Below, piece by piece: positions 12,483 to 22,969 of a DNA stretch of 64,000 nucleotides. The notes beneath the pieces were generated by a model. It ran no database searches and had not been told where the DNA came from. It saw nothing but the letters and a program-made list of their open reading frames with translations. Each line of letters opens with the position of its first letter. Position 1 is the first letter of the stretch. The position numbers and the translations under genes are program-made. Source of the stretch: Myxococcota bacterium (GTDB lineage: Bacteria > Myxococcota_A > Polyangia > Nannocystales > Nannocystaceae); assembly GCA_039194325.1 (NCBI GenBank), contig JBCCWC010000003.1, forward strand, positions 64,001-128,000, written 5' to 3'.

Positions 12483-13670
12483 TTACCACCGTGAGTTGCC
12501 GAAGCCCCGGGCTTCGGGATACTCGGACTTGATCATCGGCTTGAGCATGTCGATGGGAATGGCGAGGTTGAGGTTCTCGCCCCACAGCTTGGCCACGGTC
12601 ACCCCCACGACGTCGCCATACTCGTTGAAGACCGGCCCGCCCGAGTTTCCGGGCGACACGGGGGCCGACATCTGGATGTACTTCTTGCCCTCGTAGACTC
12701 GGCGCGAGGACACCATGCCGTCGGTCATCGTGTGCTCCAGGCCGATCGGGTTGCCGATGACGATGACTGGCTCACCCACCACCACATCATCGGAATCGCC
12801 GAGCACGACCGCGTCGGGCATGTCCTTGGTCTTGATCCGCAGCACGGCCAGATCCTGCTCGGGGTTGGTCTCGAGCAGCTCGACATCGTCGGCCATGGTG
12901 CCGTCGAAGAGCTTGACCTCGATCTTGTTGGCCCCGTCGACCACGTGGTTGTTGGTGGCGATCGTGCCGCTGTCGTCGATGACGAAGCCGGTGCCCATCC
13001 CCGAGCCCCGGGGTGTCTCGGTGCTAATCGTCACCACCGACGGCGCCCACTCCTTGAACAGATCAGCGGGCTCGAGCTTGTCGCGCTCTTTTTCCTTGGG
13101 CGCGGGGGTGTACTCGGCGCCCTCGGCTGGTGCCGCGTCTTGTTCGGTCTTGCCCTCGCCGGCCTTGACATCGCCGGCCTTGCCCTCGCCGGCCTTGCCC
13201 TCGGGGGTCTCGGCCTCCTCGGGCTTGCCCTCGGGTTCCGCGGCGTCGGACTCGGCGGCGTCCGCTGGGCCATGAGCACCCGCCGTCCAGCGAGTGGCCC
13301 ACGCCACGCGGGACAAACCATGCTCGTCGAAGCGCGCGGCCTGGGCCTCCAGGGGAGCTTGCAGCAGGGTGCTGCCCAGCACCACGGTCGCGGTGGCCCC
13401 CCCCATCCAGATCATGGCCAGCACGTCGGAGACCAGACCGGGGCGAGCCGAGCCGTCCTTGGGCAAGAGCCGGTCGGCCACCACCAGGGGGACCGCGGCC
13501 ACCACCACTGCGGCCACCCCGAGCTGGACCCAGAGGTTGTCGGTCCACAGCCCGACGAGGCTCATCAGCACGGCCAGTGAGACCGCAATTCCCAAGGTGA
13601 TCGCCAAGAGCTTGACCGGGCCGGTCAACCACCGAAGCGAAGGGGGCCGCGGGTCGTCGTTCGAGTCCAT
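12483..13670 (-). CDS. membrane-anchored trypsin-like (S1C) serine protease without PDZ
   Basis: TNNHVV, DLAVL, PGNSGGP triad; three N-terminal hydrophobic helices. Confidence 0.9.
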   Translation of the reverse strand: MDSNDDPRPPSLRWLTGPVKLLAITLGIAVSLAVLMSLVGLWTDNLWVQLGVAAVVVAAVPLVVADRLLPKDGSARPGLVSDVLAMIWMGGATATVVLGSTLLQAPLEAQAARFDEHGLSRVAWATRWTAGAHGPADAAESDAAEPEGKPEEAETPEGKAGEGKAGDVKAGEGKTEQDAAPAEGAEYTPAPKEKERDKLEPADLFKEWAPSVVTISTETPRGSGMGTGFVIDDSGTIATNNHVVDGANKIEVKLFDGTMADDVELLETNPEQDLAVLRIKTKDMPDAVVLGDSDDVVVGEPVIVIGNPIGLEHTMTDGMVSSRRVYEGKKYIQMSAPVSPGNSGGPVFNEYGDVVGVTVAKLWGENLNLAIPIDMLKPMIKSEYPEARGFGNSRW

Positions 13671-13750
13671 CCGTTCCTCCTGGATCCTCCCAACCGAGGT
13701 ACCCTTGGAGTATTTCGGATTTCAAGGCCTACGCGGTCGACTCACCGATT

Positions 13751-13824
13751 CACGCCGGATCCACGCCCGGATCCACGCCCGGATCCACGCCCGGAACCAC
13801 GCTGGATCCACGCCCGGAACCACG
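13751..13824. repeat. ~6 tandem 11-12-bp repeats (CACGCCCGGATC) between divergent genes
   Basis: Directly visible. Confidence 0.85.
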
Positions 13825-13991
13825 GTTAGGACGGGGCACGGCCCCGCTCGCGGCGAATCGTCCCGCGGGCCACCCGCTCGGCGCCGCTCGAACTCCGAGG
13901 AGGGGCGATGTGCCCGCTCGCACACCAAAAAACGGCGTTGGAGTCGCGATTGCGCGCTCGACAGGCGGGTGCCATGCTCGCTGGACCGCCC

Positions 13992-14936
13992 ATGGAGCAG
14001 CCCCACATCGACCCGGGTCTGGACCTCGAAGACGAGATCGTGCGCCTCAAGAAGGAGCGCAATGCCGTCATTTTGGCCCACTATTATCAGGAATCGGAGA
14101 TCCAGGAGCTTGCCGATTTCTTGGGTGACTCGCTGGCCTTGGCGCAGGCGGCCCGCGACACCCAAGCCGACGTCATCGTGTTCTGCGGGGTCCATTTTAT
14201 GGCCGAGACGGCCAAGATCCTCAACCCGGAGCGGCGAGTGCTCTTGCCCGATCTCGACGCGGGCTGCTCGCTGGCCAGCGGCTGTCCGGGCGACCGCTTC
14301 CGGGCCTGGCGCCAGCGGCACCCTGAGGCAGTCGCGGTCAGCTACATCAATTGCTCGGCCGAGGTGAAGGCGGCCAGCGACATCATCTGTACGTCGTCCA
14401 ACGCCGAGGCGGTGATCCGCTCGATCCCAAAGAGCACGCCGATCCTCTTTGCGCCCGATGCCAACCTCGGCCGATACCTGATGAAGCAGACCGGGCGCGA
14501 CATGAAGCTGTGGCAGGGCAGCTGCATCGTCCACGAGACCTTCAGCCAGCGCAAGCTCATCGCCCTGCAGACCAAGCACCCGGGCGCCAAGATCATCGCC
14601 CATCCCGAGTGCGAAGAGCCGATCTTGGCCATGGCGGATTTCATCGGCTCCACCACCAAGCTGCTGCGCTACGCCACCGACAGCGAACACCAAGAGTTCA
14701 TCGTAGCCACTGAGCCGGGCATCATCACGCAGATGAGCAAGGCGGCACCGCAAAAGACGTACATCCCGGCGCCGCCGCAGAACTCGTGTGCATGCAACGA
14801 GTGCCCGTTCATGCGGCTCAACACGCTGGAGAAGCTCTACACCTGCCTGCGCGACATGAGCCCCGAGCTGACCATGCCGGTGGCCCTACGCGAGGCCGCC
14901 CGGGCGCCCATCGACCGCATGCTCGCGCTGTCTTGA
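13992..14936 (+). CDS. nadA: quinolinate synthase
   Basis: 'ILAHYYQ', '[10 protein letters not shown]', 'GCSLA', 'YINCSA', 'AHPEC', 'CPFM'. Confidence 0.97.
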   Translation: MEQPHIDPGLDLEDEIVRLKKERNAVILAHYYQESEIQELADFLGDSLALAQAARDTQADVIVFCGVHFMAETAKILNPERRVLLPDLDAGCSLASGCPGDRFRAWRQRHPEAVAVSYINCSAEVKAASDIICTSSNAEAVIRSIPKSTPILFAPDANLGRYLMKQTGRDMKLWQGSCIVHETFSQRKLIALQTKHPGAKIIAHPECEEPILAMADFIGSTTKLLRYATDSEHQEFIVATEPGIITQMSKAAPQKTYIPAPPQNSCACNECPFMRLNTLEKLYTCLRDMSPELTMPVALREAARAPIDRMLALS

Positions 14937-15695
14937 GCGTGCGCGCGCTCGAAGCGGCGCCGTCGGCATCATCGTGGACCCAGGGCCGCTCGAGACCAGA
15001 GGCGAGCCGCGCGGCAGTGGCGGGCCCCGAGCCACGCACCGGCGCGGCGTCCTTCGGCTGGCGCGTCGAGCCCATCACGGCTTGAGGGTCGTGAGCCAAG
15101 GCTCCAAAAAAGCTTGCATGACCAGTGTCACTATCCAAAATAATTATGATTGGGTCAAAAGGGCCGGTTCGTGCCTCCTGGGAGGCAAACCGCAGCATAC
15201 GCGTCAGCCTGCGACCGCGGATGCGCGATGGATCTCCGCCCCAGCTCAAGAGCGCGTGGCACGAACGGATCCGTACCAATCTGCCACAGTCGCACTGGAG
15301 ATCCCGCTCCGCAACCGATACCCGTCCACGTAATTTCGAGGCCAACGCCGACTCGTTCGGATCCAGCTCGAGCTCGGAAGCTCGACTTCGGAGCTCGATC
15401 GCAGATGTGCTGGATCGCTTGTTGCATTTCGATCATAACGTGCCGCAAACCGGCGAGAACCGGCGATTGGCGGCGCCAACGCTCACTCCATCCGAGTCGA
15501 CCGTCGATCACCCGACGGTACACCGACGATGCGTAGGCCGTCTTCGGGAGGTCTTGATCACACGCATGCTCGGGTCGTGCGCTTGACAAACACCCTTGGC
15601 GTCGCCAATGCTCCCGCCGAACGCATCCCACGAGATCCCGCGCGAGCGTGAGACACCCTCTTCCTGACGCACGCCGGAGTTTCGCCCGACTCGTC

Positions 15696-17003
15696 ATGTC
15701 TGCTTCGCTCGACGTCCCCGCGGCCTCCTCTCGTCCGGGGATTCCGTGGGTCCCCGCGGCTGACTTGATCGAGCGCTATCCGGCCATAAGGGCGGCCACG
15801 CGAGCGCTGACGGACCCGCTGGAGATCGAGGACTACGGGCTGCAATCGATGACCGAGGCCAGCCCGGCCAAGTGGCACCTGGCCCATACCACTTGGTTCT
15901 TCGAGACCTTCGTACTCGCCCGAGAGTCGGACCATGTGCCGTTTCATCCGCGCTACGGCTACCTGTTCAACTCGTACTACGAGACGGTAGGTCGCATGCA
16001 CTCGCGGCCCAAACGGGGCCTACTCACGCGACCCACTGTTGCCGATGTGCAACGGTATCGTGACCATGTCGATCACGCGATGAACCGACTACTCGGTGAG
16101 GGCCCGTCGCCCGAGCTGACCGCGGTGATCGAGGTGGGGCTTCACCACGAGCAGCAGCACCAGGAGCTCATCCTTACGGATCTCAAGCACGGCCTATCGT
16201 GCAACCCGCTGCGACCGGTCTACCGCGAGCTTCCCGCGCCGACGGAGGGCGAGGCGAGCCCGCTGACGTGGCTCGAGCATCCCGGGGGCCTGATGGAGAT
16301 CGGCCACCAGGGGGAGAGCTTTGGCTTCGACAACGAGTTTCCTCGCCATCGCACCTATCTGCGGTCCTTTGCGCTGGGCTCACGCCTTACCACCTGCGGC
16401 GAATACTTGGAGTTCATGGCCGACGGGGGCTACCAACGCTCCGATCTGTGGCTCTCGGCCGGCTGGGACGTGGTGCAGCGAGAGGGCTGGCAGGCGCCGC
16501 TTTACTGGGAGCGCGAGGGCGACGACCCCGACGCGCCCTGGCAGTGCTTCACCTTGGGCGGCATGCGACCGGTACATCCGGCCGAGCCGGTGTGTCACGT
16601 GAGCCTCTACGAAGCCGACGCGTTCGCCCGTTGGCGAGGCTGTCGATTGCCGACTGAGGCCGAGTGGGAGGTCGCCTGCGCGCCACGCCCGCTACACGGC
16701 AACTTCGTCGAGCGCAGCGCGTTCCATCCGGTGGCGCTCCGGCAAGCTCGGGGTCCTGGTCCGCACCAGACCTTTGGTGACGTGTGGGAGTGGACGGCGA
16801 GCGCGTACGGACCCTATCCCGGATTTCGCCCGCTCGGCGGTTCCTTGGCGGAGTACAACGGCAAGTTCATGTGCAACCAGCTCGTGCTGCGAGGAGGCTC
16901 GTGCGCCACCCCGGCGTCACATGCTCGAGCGACCTACCGTAACTTCTTTCCTCCCGAGGCGCGCTGGCAGTTCTCGGGCATTCGACTCGCAAGGGACCCA
17001 TGA
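15696..17003 (+). CDS. egtB: ergothioneine biosynthesis sulfoxide synthase
   Basis: 'SPAKWHLAHTTWFFETF', 'HHEQQHQELILTD', FGE-like C-domain 'YNGKFM...RWQFSGIRLA'. Confidence 0.95.
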   Translation: MSASLDVPAASSRPGIPWVPAADLIERYPAIRAATRALTDPLEIEDYGLQSMTEASPAKWHLAHTTWFFETFVLARESDHVPFHPRYGYLFNSYYETVGRMHSRPKRGLLTRPTVADVQRYRDHVDHAMNRLLGEGPSPELTAVIEVGLHHEQQHQELILTDLKHGLSCNPLRPVYRELPAPTEGEASPLTWLEHPGGLMEIGHQGESFGFDNEFPRHRTYLRSFALGSRLTTCGEYLEFMADGGYQRSDLWLSAGWDVVQREGWQAPLYWEREGDDPDAPWQCFTLGGMRPVHPAEPVCHVSLYEADAFARWRGCRLPTEAEWEVACAPRPLHGNFVERSAFHPVALRQARGPGPHQTFGDVWEWTASAYGPYPGFRPLGGSLAEYNGKFMCNQLVLRGGSCATPASHARATYRNFFPPEARWQFSGIRLARDP

Positions 17004-17986
17004 CCGCAGCCGCACTGGCCACCGAATCCGATCTCGACCTGGTCGACCTCTCGCCCGCCGTCGAGCAGTTCCGCCGTGATGTCGTGGAGGCGCTATCACG
17101 ACAGCCGCAGCGAGAGCTGCCGACCCAGTACCTCTACGACGAGCGAGGCTCCCAGCTCTTCGATCGGATCTGCGAGCTCCCCGAGTACTACCCCACCCGC
17201 ACCGAGCTGTCGATCATGGAGCGCGACGCAAAGGCGATGGCCGAAGCCATCGGGCCCGCGGCGCTCGTCATTGAGTACGGAAGCGGGAGCAGCATCAAGA
17301 CCCGTCACCTGCTCGAGCGCTTGTCGCGGGCCGCGGGCTGTGTGCTGGTCGACATCTCGCGCGACCACCTGCTGCGCTCGGCCGAAGCGCTGGCGGAGCG
17401 CTTCGACCACGTCGAAGTGCTGCCCGTGTGCGCCGACTTCACCGCGCCCTTCGACGTGCCGACCCCGCAGGCCAGCGTCCAGCGCCGCGTGGTCTACTTT
17501 CCCGGCTCTACGATCGGCAACTTCCTGCCCGAGCACGCCACCGCCCTGATGCAGCAGATGGCCGAGCAGGTGGGCCCGGGGGGAGGCCTGCTCATCGGGA
17601 CCGATCTACGCAAGGATCCGGCCGTGCTCGAGGCGGCGTACAACGACGCCCAAGGCGTGACCGCGGAGTTCAACCTCAACCTGCTGCGCCGCATCAACCG
17701 AGAGCTGGGCGCCAACTTCCGGCTCGATGCGTGGCGCCACCAGGCGATCTACGACCAGGAGCTGGGGCGGATCGAGATGCTGCTCGTCAGCCGCGAAGAT
17801 CAGGTGATCGAGGTGGCCGGCCAGCACTTCAGCATGACGCGAGGCGAGGCGATCCGCACCGAGTACTCGCACAAGTATGCGATCGAGGGCTTCCATCGCA
17901 TGGCGAGCAAAACCGGGTTCGAGCCGGTGCAGGTGTGGACCGACCCGCAGCAGTTGTTTGCGGTCCACCTGCTCGAGCGACGCTAG
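17000..17986 (+). CDS. egtD: L-histidine N-alpha-methyltransferase
   Basis: 'YDERGSQLFDRICELPEYYPTRTE', 'FPGSTIGN', 'AYNDAQGVTAEFNLNLL', 'IRTEYSHKY'. Confidence 0.95.
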   Translation: MTAAALATESDLDLVDLSPAVEQFRRDVVEALSRQPQRELPTQYLYDERGSQLFDRICELPEYYPTRTELSIMERDAKAMAEAIGPAALVIEYGSGSSIKTRHLLERLSRAAGCVLVDISRDHLLRSAEALAERFDHVEVLPVCADFTAPFDVPTPQASVQRRVVYFPGSTIGNFLPEHATALMQQMAEQVGPGGGLLIGTDLRKDPAVLEAAYNDAQGVTAEFNLNLLRRINRELGANFRLDAWRHQAIYDQELGRIEMLLVSREDQVIEVAGQHFSMTRGEAIRTEYSHKYAIEGFHRMASKTGFEPVQVWTDPQQLFAVHLLERR

Positions 17987-18070
17987 CAAGAGACGAGCGC
18001 GGGTTTCTTCGGGGTCTGGACTAAGTAGGATATTATCCTACTCAAAGGTCCCTCGGCCGTCGGCCCCCTC

Positions 18071-21000
18071 ATGTCCCGCGCCCTCTCGCTGCTGGTCGTC
18101 ATCGTGCTGCTCGCGATGCTCGTGGGGCACTCGCGAGCCCACGCGACGGCGGCCCCAGAGACGTCGACGGCGGCTGAAACCGAGGAGAACCCAGCGCCGA
18201 CCGCCAGGTCATCGCCGGACGCTGAAGCGCCAGCCCGATCCAAAGCCGAGCCCAAGGCCGAAGCCGAGCCCGAAACAGAAACGTCCGCGACCGGGCCAGG
18301 CGACTTGGGTCCATCAGAGGCTCTCGAAGTCGATGCGACTCCCAATCAGAGCCCCGAACAACTGCTTCGCCTCCGGGCCGCACAGATCCGTGCGCTCATC
18401 GAGGGGACGCTCGATCTCGATGTCGATCCGGCCGCGCTTCCGATCATCGATCTGGCCGACCCGGCGCTCGTAGGACCCAACGGCGAGCGCCTACGGGCGC
18501 TGTTGCGGGATCTCGATGCCCCTCCCTCCCGAGCGAGCACCCCCTCGCGGCGCGAGGGACAGGTCGAGCCCGCGACCGAGCCGCCCGAGCCGCCCGAGCC
18601 GACCGAGCCGCCCGAGCCGCCCGAGCCCGCGACCGAGTTCGTCGACGCACTGCGAGCCTACCTGAGCCTGACCCCCGAGGAACGCGACGCAGCGCTGCGT
18701 ACTCATGCTCGGCGACAGGCCGAAGCGGTGGCGGAGAGCGAGGCATCGTCGCGCCGAGAGGCCCGGCGGATCCTCGTCACCCGTCGTGCGGACCAGCTTG
18801 AGGCCTTCTTGGAGGGCACGCTCGCGGTCGAGATCGATCCTCGTCCACTGCTAATGGTGGATCTGGCCGATGCCGACGAGGCCGCACTGTCGCCCTCACG
18901 ACGCCGCGCGTGGAGCTCGGCGCAGAGCGCCGCGGATCCCCCCGAGCCTTCCGAGCCGCCCGAGCCTTCCGAGCCGCCCGAGCCTTCCGAGCCTTCCGGG
19001 CCGCCCGAGCCCTCCGGGCCGCCCGAGCCCTCCGGGCCGCCCGAGGGCGGGACGGCAACCCCAGCGACCCCCGACGAGAAATCGGAGGCCGATCCTCGTG
19101 CATCCGATCGGCCGGTCTCGGACGAGCGATCCATAGCCGATGGAGCACCGTCTTCTCCGGATCTGCTCGCGCAGGCCGAGGCTCGACTCGATGCGCTCCG
19201 CCGCCGCTTCCTCGCCCTGCCCGCGTCCGAGCAGGCCCAGTTGTTCGAGCACCACCAGCAGCGCGGCCGAGACGCCGAGCAAGCTGCGAACGTCGAAGCC
19301 GAGCGGATCGCGAAGGCCGAGGCCGCCCGCGCCGAGCAAGCTCGGCTCGACCGGGAAGCACTCGCTGCGATCTCCAGCGCCGAGGCCGAGGCCAAGGCGG
19401 CCGAAGTCGAGCGCGACGAGGCCCTCGAGGAGGCCCGCCTCGCTCGCACCGAAGCCACGCGGATCCTCGCCAAGGAGCGGGCGCGTCTGCTGCAGATCAA
19501 AAAGGAGCAAGCGCTGCACGAGGCCGAGCTCGAGCGGCGTGGAGTCGAGGTCTTGGGCGACCTGGCGCTGGAGTGGAGCAGCCGGGTCACCAAGCTTCGC
19601 GAAGAAGAGTCGTTTGGGAACGACCCCGAGGCCGAAGCCGACCGTCTGTACCCCGACATTCAGTCCGATCTCGCCGAGACCCGGGCGCTGCTCGAGCTGG
19701 AGCTGCTGCGGATCCGCAAGCCCGGGGCACAGATCCCGAGGGTTGGTGAGGGTCTCGACCGCGATCTCACCGACGATTTCGACCGCGGGGAGATCAGCGA
19801 GCTTCGTAAGCAGCTACGCGACCGGGAGCGAGAGCTGCTGCTCACGGCGGAACGGGTCGCCTGGACGCGGGCCGAAGCCTTACGCGACGGCGTGGAGACC
19901 CTCAACGAGGCCCGCCTGAATCTGCTGAGCATGGCCAGCTCCGAGCTCCACGATCGAGTGACCAGCTTTGATGTCAACGGCCTGAACCAAGTTCGCAGCG
20001 AGCTCGAGCAGATCTCGGCCGTGCTGGGCTTCCACGTGCTCCAGCTACCCCGCTACAAGGACACGCTGCTCGAGCTGCTGCACAAGTCGCCGGTCCGCGT
20101 GCTGGGTGGGGTGGTGCAGCTGATGCTGGTGATGCTGGGCCTTTGGTGGTGGCGGCGACGGTGGCCAGGAATCCTCCGATGGCTGCGGCTAGTGATCGCT
20201 CGTCGTCGCCCCATGACGCAGACGGCGAAGAACTTGCTGATCGGGCTATGGTACCTGGATCGGATCCGACGGCCGCTCGAGCTGCTGCTGGCGCTGTGGG
20301 TGGCGCTCAACCTGATAGGCGGCGTGGACGACTTCGACGAGCTCCCCGAGCTGGCGCTGCTGTGGATCATCGTGCGCTGGATCCTCAGCGGCCTTGCGGT
20401 GATCCTGCTGCTCGACGCGATCGCGACCCGCGACACGATGGCCCGTCACCGGGGACGGGCCGATTCCTCGCCGCTGCGGGTCCACTCGCTGCGGGTGGTG
20501 GGGGTCAACGTGGTCACGGTGGGCCTCGTTCTCTCGCTCACCTCGGAGCTGGTCGGGCACGGGGCGATCTATAGCTGGGTGATCTCTACCTGCTGGTTGC
20601 TGAGCGTTCCGGTGGCGCTCTATCTCGTGTATCGCTGGCGGCCGATCATCGCCGAGCGCCTGGCCCAGCACCCCGGGCAAGGTGCGTTCGTCACCTGGGC
20701 TCGCGAACGGCAGACCGGCTGGTTTCGCTTCGTGGCGGCCACCGCAGCGGCCGGCTACCTGTTCGCGCACGGGCTGGGCCGCTGGATCATGCAGCACCTG
20801 GGCGGGTTGGAGACCACCCGCCGGGTGCTGGCGTACCTGTTCCGCCGCGAAGTGGCCAAGCGGGCCGCGGTCACCGGGGCGGCGCAGAGATCGCTGACGC
20901 GGGTCGATCGCGATTGCTACGCCACCTTCGATCCCGAGTACTACGAGCGCAAGCCGATCGAGGCGATCGGCCAGGCCGAGCTCGACACGGTGGTCTCGCT

Positions 21001-21943
21001 GGTCGAGGTGCCCCGCTCTACCCTCAGCGCGGTGATCGGAGAGCGCGGGCGGGGCAAGACCTCGTTCTTGCGCCGCCTCGAGCAGCGGCTGGGGCCCGAT
21101 CGGATCAAGGTGGTCGCTTGCCCCGAGGTCGGCCTCGAGGGGTTGATGCTGCGGATCGCCGCGATCACCGGCAACCGCGAGGCCACGGGCCCAGAGCTGG
21201 CCGAGGCACTACGGCAGATGGGTCCGCTGACGATCGCGATCGACGACGCCCAGCGGCTGATCCAGCCGGCGATCCGCGGGCTCCGTGAGCTCGACCGCCT
21301 CACCGCCTTCGCGCGCGAGGTAGGGGGCGAGATCTCGTGGGTGATCGCCATGGGCGCGTCGGCGTGGCACTACCTCAAGCGGGCCCGCGGCAACCGGGTG
21401 TTCTTCGAGCAGGTGCTGGAGCTGCCCCGCTGGACCGAGGAACAGCTGGGGCACCTGATCCGAGCCCGGTGCAAGGAGGCGGGGATCGAGCCTAGCTTCG
21501 AGGGCCTGGTGGTTCCACGCTCGGTCGACGCGCTGACCAGCCCCGACGACCAGCGCACCGAGGCCGGCTACTACCGGCTTTTGTGGGACTTCTCGCGGGG
21601 CAACCCGGCGGTGGCCTTGCACGCGTTCCGAGAGTCGCTGTTCGTGCGCCCTGGCGGGCAGATCGTGGTGCGGCTGTTCAAGGAGCCGGCGGCCAAGGAG
21701 ATCGAGGGCCTCTCGCTGCCGCTGTTGTTCGTGCTGCGGGCGGTGGTGCAGCTAGACTTAGCTCAGGAGCACGAGCTGATCGCCGCCACTCAGCTGCCCG
21801 CTCCCGACGTCTCCGACGCGCTGCGTTTTTGCCTCACGCGAGGCTATATCGAGCGCTACGACGCCGGCGTCCGGATCACCTGGCCCTGGTTTCGCACCAT
21901 CACCACCGTGCTGCTGCGGCAGCACCTGTTGCCTGCGGTATGA
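18071..21943 (+). CDS. large membrane protein: signal peptide, duplicated periplasmic/coiled-coil region, multi-TM, C-terminal P-loop ATPase
   Basis: Walker A GERGRGKT, Walker B IAIDDAQ; PEP repeats; TM cluster in the middle. Confidence 0.75.
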   Translation: MSRALSLLVVIVLLAMLVGHSRAHATAAPETSTAAETEENPAPTARSSPDAEAPARSKAEPKAEAEPETETSATGPGDLGPSEALEVDATPNQSPEQLLRLRAAQIRALIEGTLDLDVDPAALPIIDLADPALVGPNGERLRALLRDLDAPPSRASTPSRREGQVEPATEPPEPPEPTEPPEPPEPATEFVDALRAYLSLTPEERDAALRTHARRQAEAVAESEASSRREARRILVTRRADQLEAFLEGTLAVEIDPRPLLMVDLADADEAALSPSRRRAWSSAQSAADPPEPSEPPEPSEPPEPSEPSGPPEPSGPPEPSGPPEGGTATPATPDEKSEADPRASDRPVSDERSIADGAPSSPDLLAQAEARLDALRRRFLALPASEQAQLFEHHQQRGRDAEQAANVEAERIAKAEAARAEQARLDREALAAISSAEAEAKAAEVERDEALEEARLARTEATRILAKERARLLQIKKEQALHEAELERRGVEVLGDLALEWSSRVTKLREEESFGNDPEAEADRLYPDIQSDLAETRALLELELLRIRKPGAQIPRVGEGLDRDLTDDFDRGEISELRKQLRDRERELLLTAERVAWTRAEALRDGVETLNEARLNLLSMASSELHDRVTSFDVNGLNQVRSELEQISAVLGFHVLQLPRYKDTLLELLHKSPVRVLGGVVQLMLVMLGLWWWRRRWPGILRWLRLVIARRRPMTQTAKNLLIGLWYLDRIRRPLELLLALWVALNLIGGVDDFDELPELALLWIIVRWILSGLAVILLLDAIATRDTMARHRGRADSSPLRVHSLRVVGVNVVTVGLVLSLTSELVGHGAIYSWVISTCWLLSVPVALYLVYRWRPIIAERLAQHPGQGAFVTWARERQTGWFRFVAATAAAGYLFAHGLGRWIMQHLGGLETTRRVLAYLFRREVAKRAAVTGAAQRSLTRVDRDCYATFDPEYYERKPIEAIGQAELDTVVSLVEVPRSTLSAVIGERGRGKTSFLRRLEQRLGPDRIKVVACPEVGLEGLMLRIAAITGNREATGPELAEALRQMGPLTIAIDDAQRLIQPAIRGLRELDRLTAFAREVGGEISWVIAMGASAWHYLKRARGNRVFFEQVLELPRWTEEQLGHLIRARCKEAGIEPSFEGLVVPRSVDALTSPDDQRTEAGYYRLLWDFSRGNPAVALHAFRESLFVRPGGQIVVRLFKEPAAKEIEGLSLPLLFVLRAVVQLDLAQEHELIAATQLPAPDVSDALRFCLTRGYIERYDAGVRITWPWFRTITTVLLRQHLLPAV

Positions 21944-22914
21944 GACGCTCGATCCTCGTTTTATCTCCCATCTGGTCCGCGCCCGTGTTCTCGGCGGTCG
22001 TGCCCTTCTTGGCCCTGCTGGCCCTTTGGTCGTGGTCGCCGCTCGCTCGGGCCGACGACGACAACCTCGAGAGCCTCGGCCAGATCGTTCGTCTGGTGCG
22101 CTGGAGCGGGGTGTTCACGTCGGTGCTGGTGATCGTGGCCGTGTTGGTGGCGATGCGCTTTGTGCACGACAGCGTGGCCAGCTTGAGCCTGCGCTTCCCC
22201 AGCCGGCGCTTGTTGCTGCAGAAGATCGCCACGATCCTGCAATTTCTGGTCTACATCATCACGGGGATCTCGGTGATCGCCCTGTCGCTGCGGCTCAAGC
22301 CCAACGTGCTCGCGCTTATTGGGGGCACCGTGGCCGTATCGGTGGGCTTTGCCATCAAGGACGTGGTGGCATCGTTCATCGCGGGGATCATGATCATGAT
22401 CGACCGGCCCTTTCAGGTCGGCGATCGGGTCTCCTTTGGTGGGCAGTACGGAGACATCACCGCGATCGGCCTGCGGTCGGTACGACTCCAGACCCTCGAC
22501 GACAACACGGTCACGATCCCCAACAATAAATTTCTCAACGAGATCACCTCCAACGGCAACTACGGCGCCCTGGACATGCAGGTGGTGATGGACTTCCACG
22601 TGGGGCCCGACCAAGACGTACGCCTGGCCACCGAGCTGGTGACCGAGGCCGCCGTCTCTAGCCGCTTCGTGTTCCTCGACAAGCCGGTGGTGGTGCTGGT
22701 CAACCAGGTGATCTTGGAGAGCCACGTGGCGATCCGTCTGCGGCTGAAGGCCTACGTGCTCGACACGCGCTACGAGAAGCTCTTCGAGACCGACGTCAAC
22801 CTCCGGGTGCTGGATGCGTTCGGCACCGAGAGGATCGGCCCGCCGGCGCTCTTGCACCGCACCTGGGAGCAGATGCGACCGACGCTGGCGCTGCGATCGA
22901 CGGGGTCGGGGTGA
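21940..22914 (+). CDS. MscS-family mechanosensitive channel
   Basis: 'VGFAIKDVVASFIAGIMIMIDRPFQVGDRV...IGLRS...TIPNNKF'; ATGA overlap with upstream gene. Confidence 0.92.
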   Translation: MRRSILVLSPIWSAPVFSAVVPFLALLALWSWSPLARADDDNLESLGQIVRLVRWSGVFTSVLVIVAVLVAMRFVHDSVASLSLRFPSRRLLLQKIATILQFLVYIITGISVIALSLRLKPNVLALIGGTVAVSVGFAIKDVVASFIAGIMIMIDRPFQVGDRVSFGGQYGDITAIGLRSVRLQTLDDNTVTIPNNKFLNEITSNGNYGALDMQVVMDFHVGPDQDVRLATELVTEAAVSSRFVFLDKPVVVLVNQVILESHVAIRLRLKAYVLDTRYEKLFETDVNLRVLDAFGTERIGPPALLHRTWEQMRPTLALRSTGSG

Positions 22915-22969
22915 TCAGCCGAGCATGAAGCCATCACCTCCGAGCACAAGACCTTGCTAGCATCGGTGC

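Noticed and set aside
15696..17986. egtB-egtD without egtA/egtC/egtE as a novel pathway
   Set aside because: Two-gene egtBD clusters are common in bacteria
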